Part shown: positions 1-12,174 of the stretch, one piece after another | How the letters are laid out: the number at the start of each line of letters is the position of its first letter | How positions within the stretch are numbered: the first letter of the stretch is position 1 | NCBI GenBank assembly: GCA_024679065.1 | Contig: JAGIQG010000009.1 | Span: forward strand, 86,614,001-86,678,000 | Origin: Sphyrna mokarran | Taxonomy: Eukaryota | Length of the DNA: 64,000 bases | Direction: 5' to 3' | Translations under genes and position numbers: made by a program | The notes under the pieces: generated by a model | The model's database searches: none | What the model was told of the DNA's origin: nothing | What the model saw: the letters and a program-made list of their open reading frames with translations, nothing else

Positions 1-1460
1 ACAACGTGAAGCACTAGGCAACTCCTGAAGCAACCTCCAAGAGCAGCTTGCCGCATGCATGCCCCTTGTTGGTCAACAAGGTGGACCGAATTGCCTGCGG
101 AAACAAATAAGACTTAATTAAACATGCTAAAAAAAAAACTAAGACATTCCCGAGACGAAACTAAAAGATAGTCTACTACTATTTGGTCCTCCCGATATTC
201 AAACAGTCCTGCTATATCCCTCTATCTGCAGACCGCTCATGTGGCTGTCCAAGAGACCCTTAAACAACCCTAGCGTGCCTGCTCCCACCACCTTACTCGG
301 CAGTGCATTCCACACCCCCACTACCCTTTGTGTGAAAAACTGGCCTCTAATATTCGTCTTATACATAGCCCCCCTCACCCTGAGCCCGTGACCCCTCGTT
401 CTATCCATTTCTAATGGTGGAAAAAGCTTACCACCATTTACTCTATCTATACCCCTCATAATCTTATATACCTCTAAAAGATCCCCTCTCAGCCGACGTC
501 TTTCAAGGGAAAACAACCCAGTGTTTTCAATCTTTCCTCGTAAGACAGCCCTTCCATACCAGGCAGCATCCTGGTAAATCTCCTCTGCACTCTCTCCAGG
601 GCCTCTACATCCTTCCTGTAGTACGGCGACCAGAACTGGATGCAGTACTCCAGTTGAGGCCTAACCAACGTTCTATACACCTGCAACATCAGACTCCTAC
701 TCTTGTATTCTATACCCCTTCCTATGAAGGCTAACATACCATATGCTTTTTTTACCACATTCTCTACCTGCACTGACAACTTCAGAGTCCTGTGAACTTA
801 CACCCCCAGGTCTCTCTGCATCTCTATACTCCGGATAGTTTTATCTTTTATCCTATAACTCCCCTCTATATTATTCCGGCCAAAATGCATCACCTCGCAT
901 TTATCCGGATTAAATTCCATTTGCCATCTATCTGCCCAATCTACCAGCCTATCTGTGTCATGTTGTATTGCCAGGCACTGCTCCTCAGTACCCGCCAATC
1001 CAATCATCTTAGTGTCATCAGCAAATTTGCTGATCACACCACCTACCCCCTCTTCCAAGTCATTTATATACACCACAAATAGAAGGGGTCCTAGTACAGA
1101 GCCCTGTGGCACACCACTAGTGACAGACCTCCAGTTGGAAAAAGAGCCTTCCACTACTACCCGCTGTCTCCTCCTCCCAAGCCAGTTCTCAACCCATCTA
1201 CATACCTGGCCCTGTATACTATGCGCCTTCACCTTTTCTATCAGCCTACCATGAGGGACCTTATCAAACGCCTTACTGAAATCCATATAGACGACATCAA
1301 TGACTTGTCCTTCATCAACCGTTTTTGTCACCTCCTCAAAAAATTCCACTAGATTCGTAAGGCACGACCTCCCCTTAACGAAGCCATGCTGTGTATCCCT
1401 GATCAGATTGCAGTGCTCCAGATGCTCATACATCCTGTCCCTGAGAATCCTCTCCATCCC
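1..1460 (-). mobile_element. CR1-clade LINE, 5'-truncated RT plus long 3' UTR (frameshifted)
   Basis: [67 protein letters not shown] motifs. Confidence 0.95.
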
Positions 1461-1518
1461 ATTGGTCCTGCCAAAATGGACCACCACACATTTATTTTTT
1501 ATTTTTATTTTTTTTTTA

Positions 1519-2030
1519 AGCAACACAGCACGGGAAACAGGCCCTTCGGCCCAACGAGCCCGCGCCGCCGTCATACTATATAGTAGCAAATCCATTATCC
1601 TATTTTAATATTCCTATATAATAATATATATATTATTCCTAATAATAGGAAAATTCTCACCATAGGGACAATTTGTTTCCCAATCAGCCTAAGAGCGAAT
1701 GTTTGGGTTGTGGGAGGAAACCGGAGTGCCCGGAGAAAACCCACGCAACCATGGGGAGAACGCGCAAACTCCCGCAGACACCGGCCCAATTCCAAGTGTC
1801 TGCACAGCCACATCGATAGTCTCTGAGCTGTCATGATGCCCTTCAGATGGTCCACATAAAGCACTCATTTACGACATGAGGTACCAGGCAACCCATGAAT
1901 CAACATCCAAGAGCTGTACCCGCACCACCTGCCGAATGCATGCTCAATGTTGGTCAAGTATGGACCGAATTACCTGTGGAAAAAAGCCGTAGTTAAACAG
2001 TCCTAATATATCCCTCTATCTGCATACCGA
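1519..2030 (-). mobile_element. 3' UTR of the long-UTR CR1 family (hairpin plus captured SINE plus tail)
   Basis: Homologous to the 3' UTRs at 23197-24463, 40348-40885 and 56773-57309. Confidence 0.8.
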
Positions 2031-2034
2031 TACT

Positions 2035-2730
2035 TTATCTGCGTTGAAGTCCATCTTCCACTTCTCCGCCCAGTCTTGCACCCAGTTTGTCTCGCTGCAA
2101 CTTCAGACATCCCTCCAGACTATCCACAACACCACTGACTTTCATATTGTCGGCAAACTTACTAACCCATCCCTCCACTTTCTCATCCAGGTCATTTATG
2201 AAAATGACAAACAGCAAGGGTCCTAGAACAGATCCCTCGGGCACTCCACTGCTGACTGACCTCCATGCAGAAAAAGACCCATCCACAACTATTCTCTGCC
2301 TTCTGCAGGCAAGCCAGTTCTGGGTCCACAAGGCCAAAGCCCCTTGGATCCCATGCCCTCTCACCTTCTCAAGAATCTTGCATGGGGGACCTTATCAAAC
2401 GCCTTGCTGAAATCCATGTAAACCATGTCCACTGCTCTTCCTTCGTCAATGTGTTCAGTCACATTTTCGAAGATCTCAGCTAGGCTCGTAAGGCACAATC
2501 TGCCCTTAACAGAGCCGTGTTGCCTATTTCTGATCATATTGAACTTTCCTAAATGCTCATAAATCCTATCTCTCAGAATCCGTTACATCAGCTTACCGAC
2601 CACTGAGGTCAGACTCACTGGCCAGTAATTGCCCGGGCTATCTCTGTTCCCCTTCTTGAAAAAAGGCACCACATCCGCAATCCTCCAATCTTCCGGAACC
2701 TCTCCCATCTCCATCGACGACGCAAAGATA
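2035..2730 (-). mobile_element. CR1 RT fragment
   Basis: NYWPVSLTS-like, FSKAFDK and SGVPEGSVLGP motifs. Confidence 0.9.
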
Positions 2731-3289
2731 ATGAATTACCCAGCAGCTCTTCACATAGCATTGGGCAATTATTTTGAAATGGAACATTTAGAGATATCTG
2801 TTTCAAACAGGCGACATGGGCACAAGGGACTATAGTATCTGTGATGGACATGCAAGTTGATGTTTCTAATGGTTTTGAATCTTGAACCTCAAGATCACAA
2901 AGAGCTAAAGGAAGCAGTCTATCTTACCGCTACACTGCAACAAAGTATGGACAGCAATTAACATGAATGCCTTCCCGTCTCCGTGGCAATCATGCGATCA
3001 ACCAAGCGATATGTTCAAAATATTCAGTATCAGAGTCAGCTCACAGAGATGTTTGATGCATCTCGAGAATTTGAGGCAATAGCATTTATTCTGATCGCAT
3101 GTTGAGCAGGATCCTGAGAGCGAATTTTGTCCCAATTAACTAATCATTTGATACTGCGCTTGCAGTAGCAAAAAACGACCCCTAATCTGAATCAGGAAAG
3201 AAAAATAATGAACAAAAAAATACTTTGAATCAAATGACTCAAAATGTTTCTACTGCGTGATAAGTTTACTAATAAGAAGTTGACCTGGC

Positions 3290-4095
3290 TACCTGCAGTT
3301 AGAGTTACCCGGAGATGTGGCAGATAGAGTTTAACATAGAGAAGTGGGAGGTAATGTATTTAGAGAGGTAAGGCAGCTGCAGGAAATACACAATAAATGA
3401 GAATATACTAAGAAGGGACGATGAAGTGAGCTCTCTTGGCATGCAAGTACAGTAATGCAACAGTTCAAATAGACAAGGTTGTAAAGAAGGTATATAGAAT
3501 GTTTTCTTTCTTTGGCAGAAGTATAATATACAAATAAGGATATAATGGTGGAATTATATAAAACACTGGTAAGGCCACAATTGGAGCAGTGTGTGCATTT
3601 CTGGTCACCATGTTACAGGATGAAAGTAATTGCTCCAAACAGAGTGCAGATAAGGATTACAAGAACATTATCCAGGCTAGAAAAGAGGGGAGATGGATAG
3701 TTTGAAGTTATTTTCTTTGGAACAAAGAAGCTGACGAGTGACTTGATAGAGATTTATAAAATTATGAGGGGAAGAAATAGAGCAAATATGACAAAAATGG
3801 TACCCTTGCTAGAGATTTCTAGACATAGGGAAGATCGATTCAAAGTAACTGGCAGAAGATGTAAAGGGGAAATGAGAAAGAACTTTTTACACATATGATG
3901 ATGGTGTCTGGAATTCAGTGCCTGGGTTGGAGGTGGAGATTGAGATCTATGTTATTTGTTAAAGCACCGGAATCTGTACCTTATGTGCTGTAAACTGCAG
4001 AGCTATGGGCTGGATGCAGGAAAATGATTGGAACGGAATGGGCATGAAATAGATAGGCCGAATGGCCTCCTTCTGAGCTGTACTTTTCTTTGGTG
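3290..4095 (+). mobile_element. Old decayed CR1 3' fragment
   Basis: Degenerate WQIEFN, LVRPQLE and CR1 tail ggccgaatggcctccttct. Confidence 0.75.
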
Positions 4096-4667
4096 CTGTG
4101 TGAAAACATTGCATCCACGGTTGATGTTCAGAATACTTATATTTAAGAAATCTGTCTCTCCAAAATCTTTTTCTACTCTCAAACACGTCCGATAGAAATC
4201 TGAGGAATTGTCTAATGTTAACCTCTTAGACCAATGTGCATCCAGCTGCCTGCCTCGTAGATTTCCTTGTACAAAATCATACTGAATACAGGATCATGCT
4301 TACTGCAAACACATAATCCATTAAGTAAGCATGTCACCAGAGCTCTTGTAATGCAATGTACTCATTCAATTTAAAATCAGGGTCATTTTAAACGAATTCC
4401 TTCATCCAGTTCAACAATACTGATTGTAACTTTACTTTAAAAAAAATGTATTTTTCGTTCGGCATTCACATTTTAATGTGTTACATTTTGCACAGGTCCC
4501 TGAGGTAAACATGTTCGTCAAATATTGTTCAGTGCGATATAACTAATTCCCAGACTCGGATTGCCTCCACATCAGTCTCCCTGAAGATTTTTCCATGGTG
4601 TATATAGAGGGTTTTTTGCTAAATTCTCCACATTCGCAACGTCAGACGACGGTGCTTTTATGGAGAA

Positions 4668-4737
4668 ATGGAATACCCTGTAATTTATCAGATTGATCTA
4701 ATTTTCTACCCGGTTCTTGCGGCAGTCGGTATTCCTG
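4668..4737 (+). CDS. Orphan GPCR (GPR139/GPR142-like) coding exon 1: MEYPVIYQIDLIFYPVLAAVGIP
   Basis: ATG at 4668, 23 codons plus 1 nt, then donor G|GTAAGA at 4738. Encodes the start of TM1 (YPVLAAVGIP) and joins exon 2 in phase 1. Confidence 0.85.
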
Positions 4738-5269
4738 GTAAGAGAATTGCGAGAGAGGATTTGAAAACTGAGGTGTGACTGTTCATGTTCTTTATTCGCG
4801 AGTGATTGGTTTCAGCTCAACTTTGTTTTATCATTGTGATTTTTAATCTGGAATAAAAACTGGCCTAACAATTTCACCAAAACTTTGAAACAGCCACTAC
4901 TTTTCGTGTTTAATGTAAAAACGCCTGCAGAAAAGTAACATTGAAATAAATCATCATTGTTTTTTCAAATATCACGAGTTTTTTTTAAAGACGTTACCAG
5001 AGTCGATTTTAATATTTATGCATTTTAAATACTATTTCCTCATTAAATGGTGTTTCACTACAGGTTTTTCTCTTATTACTTGGACTGCATTCCAGAGTTT
5101 ATTTGACTGTCTTTTTAAATGGAAGTTTCAATAGAAGTGTTTGTCTGGCCATTTTTACCGGGGCTGATATTCCACTCAGAGGATTTTCCACTTTGTATGT
5201 GTCTTGCTTTTTTTTAGATGTGCTTTTCCCCATCATTTGATCCAACATTAACAAATCAAAGAAGGAAGA

Positions 5270-5945
5270 GCAAAACACTTAGGAAAGACGCTTAGGTCTT
5301 CCAAGCCTGCACCAATCATGATGCCTGCCTAAAACCATATTCACTTCAGTATCCTTCTATTCCCATCCTATTCATGTATATGTCTAATTGCCCCTTACAA
5401 GTCACAACCATATCTGCTGCCATCATCTCCCCAGGTAGTGCATTCCAGACATTCACCTCCCACTGTATAAAAACATGCCTCGCACATCTCCTCTAAACTT
5501 TAAACCAATGTCCCCTAATACTTGACTTTGCTACTTTAGGAAAGAGCATCTAACTATCCACTCTGTACATGCCACTCATAATCTTGTAGACTTCTATTAG
5601 GTAGAGCTCTATTATGGTTCTACCAGTTACTGTATAATTCTATATGCATTGGACCTTCCAAAATGCATTATCTCACACTTGTCTGGATTAAACTTCATTT
5701 GCCATTTTTCCACCCAATTCTCCAATAGATCTATACCTTGCTGCATCCTCTGACAATCCCCTTCACTATCCACAAGTCAACCAATTTTTTTGTCATCTGT
5801 GAAGTTACTAATCAGATCAGGTATATTTTTCTCCAAATCATTTGAACATACTACAAACAACAAAAGCCCCAGAATTGATCCCTTTGGAGCATTGCTAGTC
5901 ACAGCTTTCTATTTAGAAAAACACCCCTGCACTGCTTCCCTCTGG
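5270..5945 (-). mobile_element. Old decayed CR1 fragment in the GPCR intron
   Basis: Degenerate RT and 3' end motifs. Confidence 0.7.
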
Positions 5946-6619
5946 TCTAGTTGGACCAATTTTTGGAATTGGAAAAAAGAAAAAACCAAACCAAGGTTTG
6001 GAGGGCTGAAGGATCTGTTTCCTGTGCTGTACTGTTCTTTGTTGTTTGTTGTTTGTTCTGTGTTGTATGCCATGCTAGTTCTGTATCCAGTAATCTATAC
6101 CTAGCTGCAACTGTTCTTCAGAACCTTGACAGAACTTGTTACCTGACTGCAGTTAATTGAAAGATGTAGAGAAAAGTTTTGTCTTTGGGTTAAAGAGAGG
6201 GAGTAGTGACAGCAGATCCACAGTTAGCATCACATCTCACCCGATTCACACAATAGTAAAATGTTGAAATATACCCCAGTACCTCAATGCTATTGAGGTC
6301 ATTGTCCAACTATGCTAAAGTACACTCTCCATGCTGGTTAAGAAATTTCCATTGTGGTGCAAGAATAGTTTCCATCTTGGAGTTGGCGCTATATCTGGTA
6401 AAAAAGAAATAAGCCAAGAGACAGGAGTGCACATTGATGGTTTACAAGCCAATACGCACCAGAGCGAACTTGATTCCTGGATACTTCACTTTGGGACCAC
6501 TAACCCCTTTCAAAGGAACCTATGTGTCTTTCATACACTCTATTCTTTCAAAATGCCAGAATATTATTTCAGCACTAGAAACTTGGACTAAATCTGAAAT
6601 GAAATTATTTCCTTCATTT

Positions 6620-7555
6620 AGAGTCATAGTCATAGAGTCATAGAAGTATACGGTATGGAATAGATAGGGTGGACTCTCAGAGACTATTTTCCCGAGCTGA
6701 AATGGTCACTACGAGAGGACACAGATTTAAGGTGCAGGGAAGCAAATACAAAGGAGATGTCAGGGGTAGGTTTTTCACTCAGAGGGTGGTGAGCGAATGG
6801 AACCGACTGCTGTCGGAGGTTGTTGAGGCAAACTCAGTGGAGTCTTTTAAAAGACTTCTGGATGAGTACATGGAAAAGAATAGAATAGAGGGTTATAGAT
6901 AGGTCTGTGGATTGGTAGTTGTGATCAGCGCAACTCGTGGGCCGAAGGGCCTGTTTGTGCTGTATTGTTCTATGTTCTATGGAAACAGGCCCTTCAGCCC
7001 AACTTCTCTACGCCACCCTTTTTTTTAAAACCTCTAAGCAAACTTCAATTGCTCACATTTGGCCCATATTCCTCTATATCCATCATAACCATGTAACTAT
7101 CTAAATGCTTTTTAAAAGACAAAATTGTACCCACCTGTACTACTACTTCTGGCAAATTGTTCCAGATACTCACCACCCTCTGTGTGAAACAATTGTCCCT
7201 TTGGACACTTCTGTATCTCTCCCCTCTCACCTTAAACCTATACCCCCTAAATTTACACTCCTCTACATTTGCAAAAAGATATTGATTACCTACCTGACTT
7301 GTGCCCCTCATTATTTTATCGACTTCTATCAGATCACCCCTCAGCTTCCTATGCTCCAGAGATAAATGTCCCAGTTTATCCAGCCTTTGCTTATAACTCA
7401 ATCCATCAAGTCCCAGTAGCATCCAAGTAAATCTTTTCTGCCCTCTTTCTAATTTAATAATATCCTTTCTATAATAGGGTGACCAGAATTGCACACAATA
7501 TTCCAAGTGTGGCCTTACCAATGTCTTGTACAACTTCAACAAGATGTTCCAATGC
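6620..7555 (-). mobile_element. CR1 3' fragment in the GPCR intron, hosting a nested CR1
   Basis: [22 protein letters not shown] 7045..7542; its tail at ~6620-6660 is interrupted. Confidence 0.9.
6661..6980 (+). mobile_element. Nested CR1 3' fragment
   Basis: TRGHRFK...FFTQRVV, (ATGTTCT)n tail, TSD TATGGAA at 6654-6660 and 6978-6984. Confidence 0.9.
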
Positions 7556-7760
7556 TAATTTCAACTGAATGTGCATATTTCCATTCCACATTTACTACAA
7601 GCTTCTCTGCACGTCAAATGAGGTCCTTGATGCAACATTTTCCTTTAATTCATAACTAGTATTTGGATAGTTCAATACTGTCTAAATCGGCTGCATACAT
7701 CTTTGAAACAAAAATTTTGGAATTATCTCCAGGTAATTTTATGTTTCCTGTTACTTACAG

Positions 7761-8698
7761 TCAATTTGGTGGCAATTGTGATACTAGCTCGAGGGAAATG
7801 TGGCCTGTCCAAATGTATCACTCGATACCTGATTGCCATGGCAGTGGCGGATCTAACAGTGGTCATTGTTGATGTGGTGTTACACCGGATCAATAACATG
7901 TATTTTCCCTTGAATTATTTGTTTCTGACTCCTGTGTGCATTTTAAACTTTGTCATGTATATTGTAGCTGTTGACTGTTCTGTCTGGTTTACTGTTGCCT
8001 TCACTTTTGATCGCTTTGTAACAATTTGTTGTCAGAAACTGCAATCAAAGTTTTGCACGGAGAAAAGAGCAACGGTGGTTATCGCCACCATTTTTGTGTT
8101 AAGTTGTGTGAGAAGCATTCCATTTTATTTTGCAGATGAAGCTGCCTATATTAATGACAACCTGCCATGGCATTGTGTTCCTACAGCTGCCTATCTCACT
8201 TCCCCTTTGTGGAAAACATATGAATGGATTGATAGCCTCATAACGCCTCTATTGCCATTCTGTTTAATTTTATTGTTCAATGCTCTCACTGTTAAACATA
8301 TTGTAGCAGCAAATAAAGTTCGGATGCATCTCCGGCGAAGCAATGAGAATCACGAAGATCCAGAGATGAAGAATCGGAGAAAATCTTTGATTTTACTTTT
8401 CACTATTTCTGCAAATTTCATACTGCTATGGATGACGTACGTTGTGCATTCGGTAAATTGGCCAGTGATGAATTTTAATTATACAGACAAATATTACAGC
8501 AACTCGATATACATAACCCAACAAGTTGGATTTATGCTGCAGCTTCTTTGTTCCTGCACCAACACATGCATCTATGGCCTGACTCAAAGGAAATTCAGAG
8601 TGGAGCTGAAAAATGGAATCAATTACCTGCTCACACTGAATGGAAAAATATGTAAACAAAACAGAAAGGACATCGACTTGATGGAACTTCATGTTTAA
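7761..8698 (+). CDS. Orphan rhodopsin-class GPCR (GPR139/GPR142-like) coding exon 2; full CDS join(4668..4737,7761..8698), 335 aa
   Basis: Acceptor ttcctgttacttacAG at 7760. Uninterrupted 7TM frame: VNLVAIVIL, YLIAMAVADL (TM2), AFTFDRF (TM3), LLPFCLILLFN (TM5), FILLWMT (TM6), SCTNTCIY (TM7), RKFR helix 8. AATAAA at 8827. Confidence 0.9.
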
Positions 8699-9543
8699 AA
8701 ATCACTGCCTTCTAAATTTCTGTTGCCATGGAGAGCAGAGAAAATAGTAAATTGGTAATCCTCAGTGACATTTGATATGATTATGTGAAACTGACCAAGT
8801 ATTATGAATGGATATCAGTGATTTTAAATAAAGGCAAAATCCCAAGAAAAGTACAACAGAGAATAGTCAGACATTATTTTTAATTGTTCTTTTAATGAAC
8901 TTAGAATAAGAATAGATTACCACAATGAAATCAATTAATTGCCCCTTGAAACATTATCAACATTGAATGCCATTTTCTGCAGCTGTAGAGCATGCTAATT
9001 CATGGTTCTGCTAAAAACCAGTAAAATTCACATTTGGATAAATGCATTAAAAATGTTTCCGCAACAATGTCACTCATTAAGAAAAATATATTTGCATGAA
9101 AATATTTTCTGACAAAAGAGTTTAAAGCGCTGTCAAATATTGGAAAAAAATCTTTTTGTCTTTGTTACCCTTATATTTTGAGTTCCTGATGGGATCTCAG
9201 GGTAGGCAAATATTCAGTCAGTCACAAAAATATAAGGCAATGAGACTTGAGCATATGGGTTGCACAGTTGGATCATGCTGGATCACCTGAAGCAGACCTT
9301 ATATTAGTGCTTAAGTATTCAGATTTTCACCACTGAATTTACAATTAAACTCGACTATCAACATTCCATTTACATCTCTCTCAATTCCTCCCCCTTTCTC
9401 ATTACCAACATCAAGTTTGCAAAAAAAGGAACTTTTTCTTTTACCACCAGTACTGAGACCGTTCATTACACTTCTATCTCTATTCAGTTCTTCAGAAGAA
9501 TCATACAAAATTGATCGGTTCGTGATCTCAGACTTGAAAAAAA

Positions 9544-9850
9544 GGGCGGCATGTAGGAAAATGGTTAGCCCTGTTGACTCACAGCACCAGGGACCTAGGT
9601 TTGATTCCAGCCTCACTGTCTGTATGGAGTTTGCACATTTTTCTCACACCTGTGTGGTTTTCTTCCAGATGCTCTGGTTTCTTCCCACAGTCTGATGTGC
9701 GAGTTAGTTTGATTGGCCATGCTAAGTTGATTCTTAATGCAAGAGGGTAAACAGGGTAAGTAGACTATGAAGAGAAGGGTTGGTAGGATTATGGTTGGTG
9801 CAGACTCAATGGGTCGAATGGCCTCCTCCTGTACTGTAGGGTTTCTATGG
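9544..9850 (+). mobile_element. tRNA-derived SINE with CR1-type tail
   Basis: A/B-box-like tggttagc...ggtttgattcc, central gagtttgcac...ggtttcttcccac, tail gggtcgaatggcctcc. Confidence 0.8.
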
Positions 9851-10535
9851 AATCAAATCATTTCTGATTCTCTCTTCACAGATGCTGTCATTTCAGCTCA
9901 GCTTGACCAACCTTTTTTGTGTTGATAGACTGAGACCACCCATTCCTCTGTTTCTGTGGAACTCTTCTTCCCTTGGTTTCCAAATCAGACATATCCCAAA
10001 TTCCCTGTGCACAGGCCGTGAGCAGAACTGCTTTACTAAATACTCTCCAATATCCTTCCATCTGTATTTGAGGAATTTGAATGAGCTGGCTCGCACAATT
10101 TACTCCCTGTTTCCTTGACTTTATTTTTACTCACCAAAAAATCATTCAGCTTCTCCATTCCCCTGTCCTAAATTGGATATGACAACCAATATACTCTAAG
10201 TAACAGTGCAGTTAATTATTAAATGTGCCTCAACAGAAATATGCAGGTGAATTGAGATTGACTTAACAACAGATGCACGGCAATGTTCTCAAGTTATATT
10301 TTTGCTTTATAATGATCCAAGATGCATACAATTACAGTGAATGACCATTTCATAAGTGAACCAAGTTAGTTACTCGGTAGATTGAACATGGTAATGGAAA
10401 GACAAAATACATCATTGCAAGTGATGGCAAATAGACATTGTTGAGGACTAAAAATGTAAAATTGTTAGAACTTACTGTAAATTTGACAACAAAAATACAG
10501 GTTATCATGCTGCAGTTAACGGATTTATTGGGACA

Positions 10536-11478
10536 TGAGAACATAAGAAATAGGAGTAGGAGAAGGCCATTCAGCCCCTCGAGCCTGCCCCACCATTCAG
10601 TAAGATCATGGCTGATTTGTAGTGGTTCAGTATCACTTTCTTGTTTTCTCCTCATTACCCTTAGTTCCCTTGTCAATCAAAAACCTATCCACTCTTGACT
10701 TGAACATATTCAGCAAGGAAGCCTCCACCACCTCATCAGGCAGAGAATTCCAAAGATTCACCACCCTTTGCGAGAAGAAACTTCTCCGCAATGCTGATCT
10801 GAACCGCGACCCCCCTCCCCCCCCATCCCAATCTTGAGGCTGTGCCCTCTAGTCCTGCTATCTTTGCTAAGCAGGAAGAGTCTGTCAACCTCTACCCTAT
10901 CCATCCCCTTCATTATCTTATACGTCTCTATAAGATCCCCTCTCAGTCTTCTAAACTCCAAAGAGTACAAACCTAGCCTATTCAGTCTTTCCTCATAATC
11001 CAATGCCCTCATCTCTGGTATCAGCCCAGTGAACCTTCTCTGCACCCCCTCCAAGGCCAATATATCCTTCCTCGAATGTGCCGCCCAAAACTGCACACAG
11101 TACTCCAGCTGCGGACTTACCAGACCCTATACAGCTGCAACAGAACCTCCCTATTTTTATATTCGATCCCCCTCGCTATAAAGGCCAACATTGCATTTGC
11201 CTTCTTAATCACCTGCTGCACCTGCATACTGTGTTTTTGCAATTCATGCACAAGGAACCCCAGGTCCCTCTGCACCATCGCATGTTGCAGCTTTTCGCCA
11301 TTTAAATAGTAATCCTTCCGACCATTATTCCTATCAAAGTGGATAACCTCACACTTGCTAACATTATACTCCATCTGCCAGGTCCTCGCCCACTCACTCA
11401 ACCTATCCAGATCCCTGTGCAGGCTTTCCACACCTTCCACGCAATTTGCTTTTCCACTCATCTTCGTGTCATCAGCAA
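10536..11478 (-). mobile_element. CR1 3' fragment
   Basis: FADDTK...WQMEYN...LEGVQRRFT...LEFRRLRGDL, AGAACATA tail. Confidence 0.9.
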
Positions 11479-12174
11479 AGATCACAACATAGATAAAGGC
11501 CGATTTAATGATTTTAATAATTTCCAATAAGAAATATGCAGGAGAATAAATTTAAAATAATTTTTAATTCAAATTTGCCAACATATACTCGAACAAAAAT
11601 TGCTATCTATCAATTAATCATGATGTTGGCTCCCAGAACACAGCCATGCATGTTATCTTTAAAAAAGAAACATCTAATCTATAGATAACAGAATGCTATT
11701 GTTGTTAATTGGTAAATTTAACAGAGTGAATAGTACACAAGGGGACACAATTAATTACTACATTGACAATTATAACGAATATGCAATGTAGAAACTTGGA
11801 TTTCATTGTTAGTTGATATAATTAGGCAATATATGACATAAAATTGCCATTATTTGGGACTAAAATTGAATTGACAATTAGTACCCAAGTGGAAATGTTA
11901 CTGTTAATGCTTTTATCCTCTCAATTGTTGCATTGAGTTTAATACTCTAAAAAAAAACCATCAGATTGGTTAGTTCTCAATAGAACTTAGTGTACAATAT
12001 ATATATATTTAGAGGGATAAAGTTAGAGTCAATGATGTTGAATAATTTTAAACTTTGTCTTATTGGCCTGTGCTTTGTGTTCAAAGACAAAGTTAACTTT
12101 AACATTATAAATGATAACGGAAAAACATTGTAGTAAGATTATAATTCAATGGGGAATTTGATCTCAGACATTTT

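Noticed and set aside
7703-7760. ORF-track start of the GPCR (MKQKFW...)
   Set aside because: It starts at TTG inside the intron. A canonical acceptor at 7760 and a matching exon 1 at 4668 explain the gene better.
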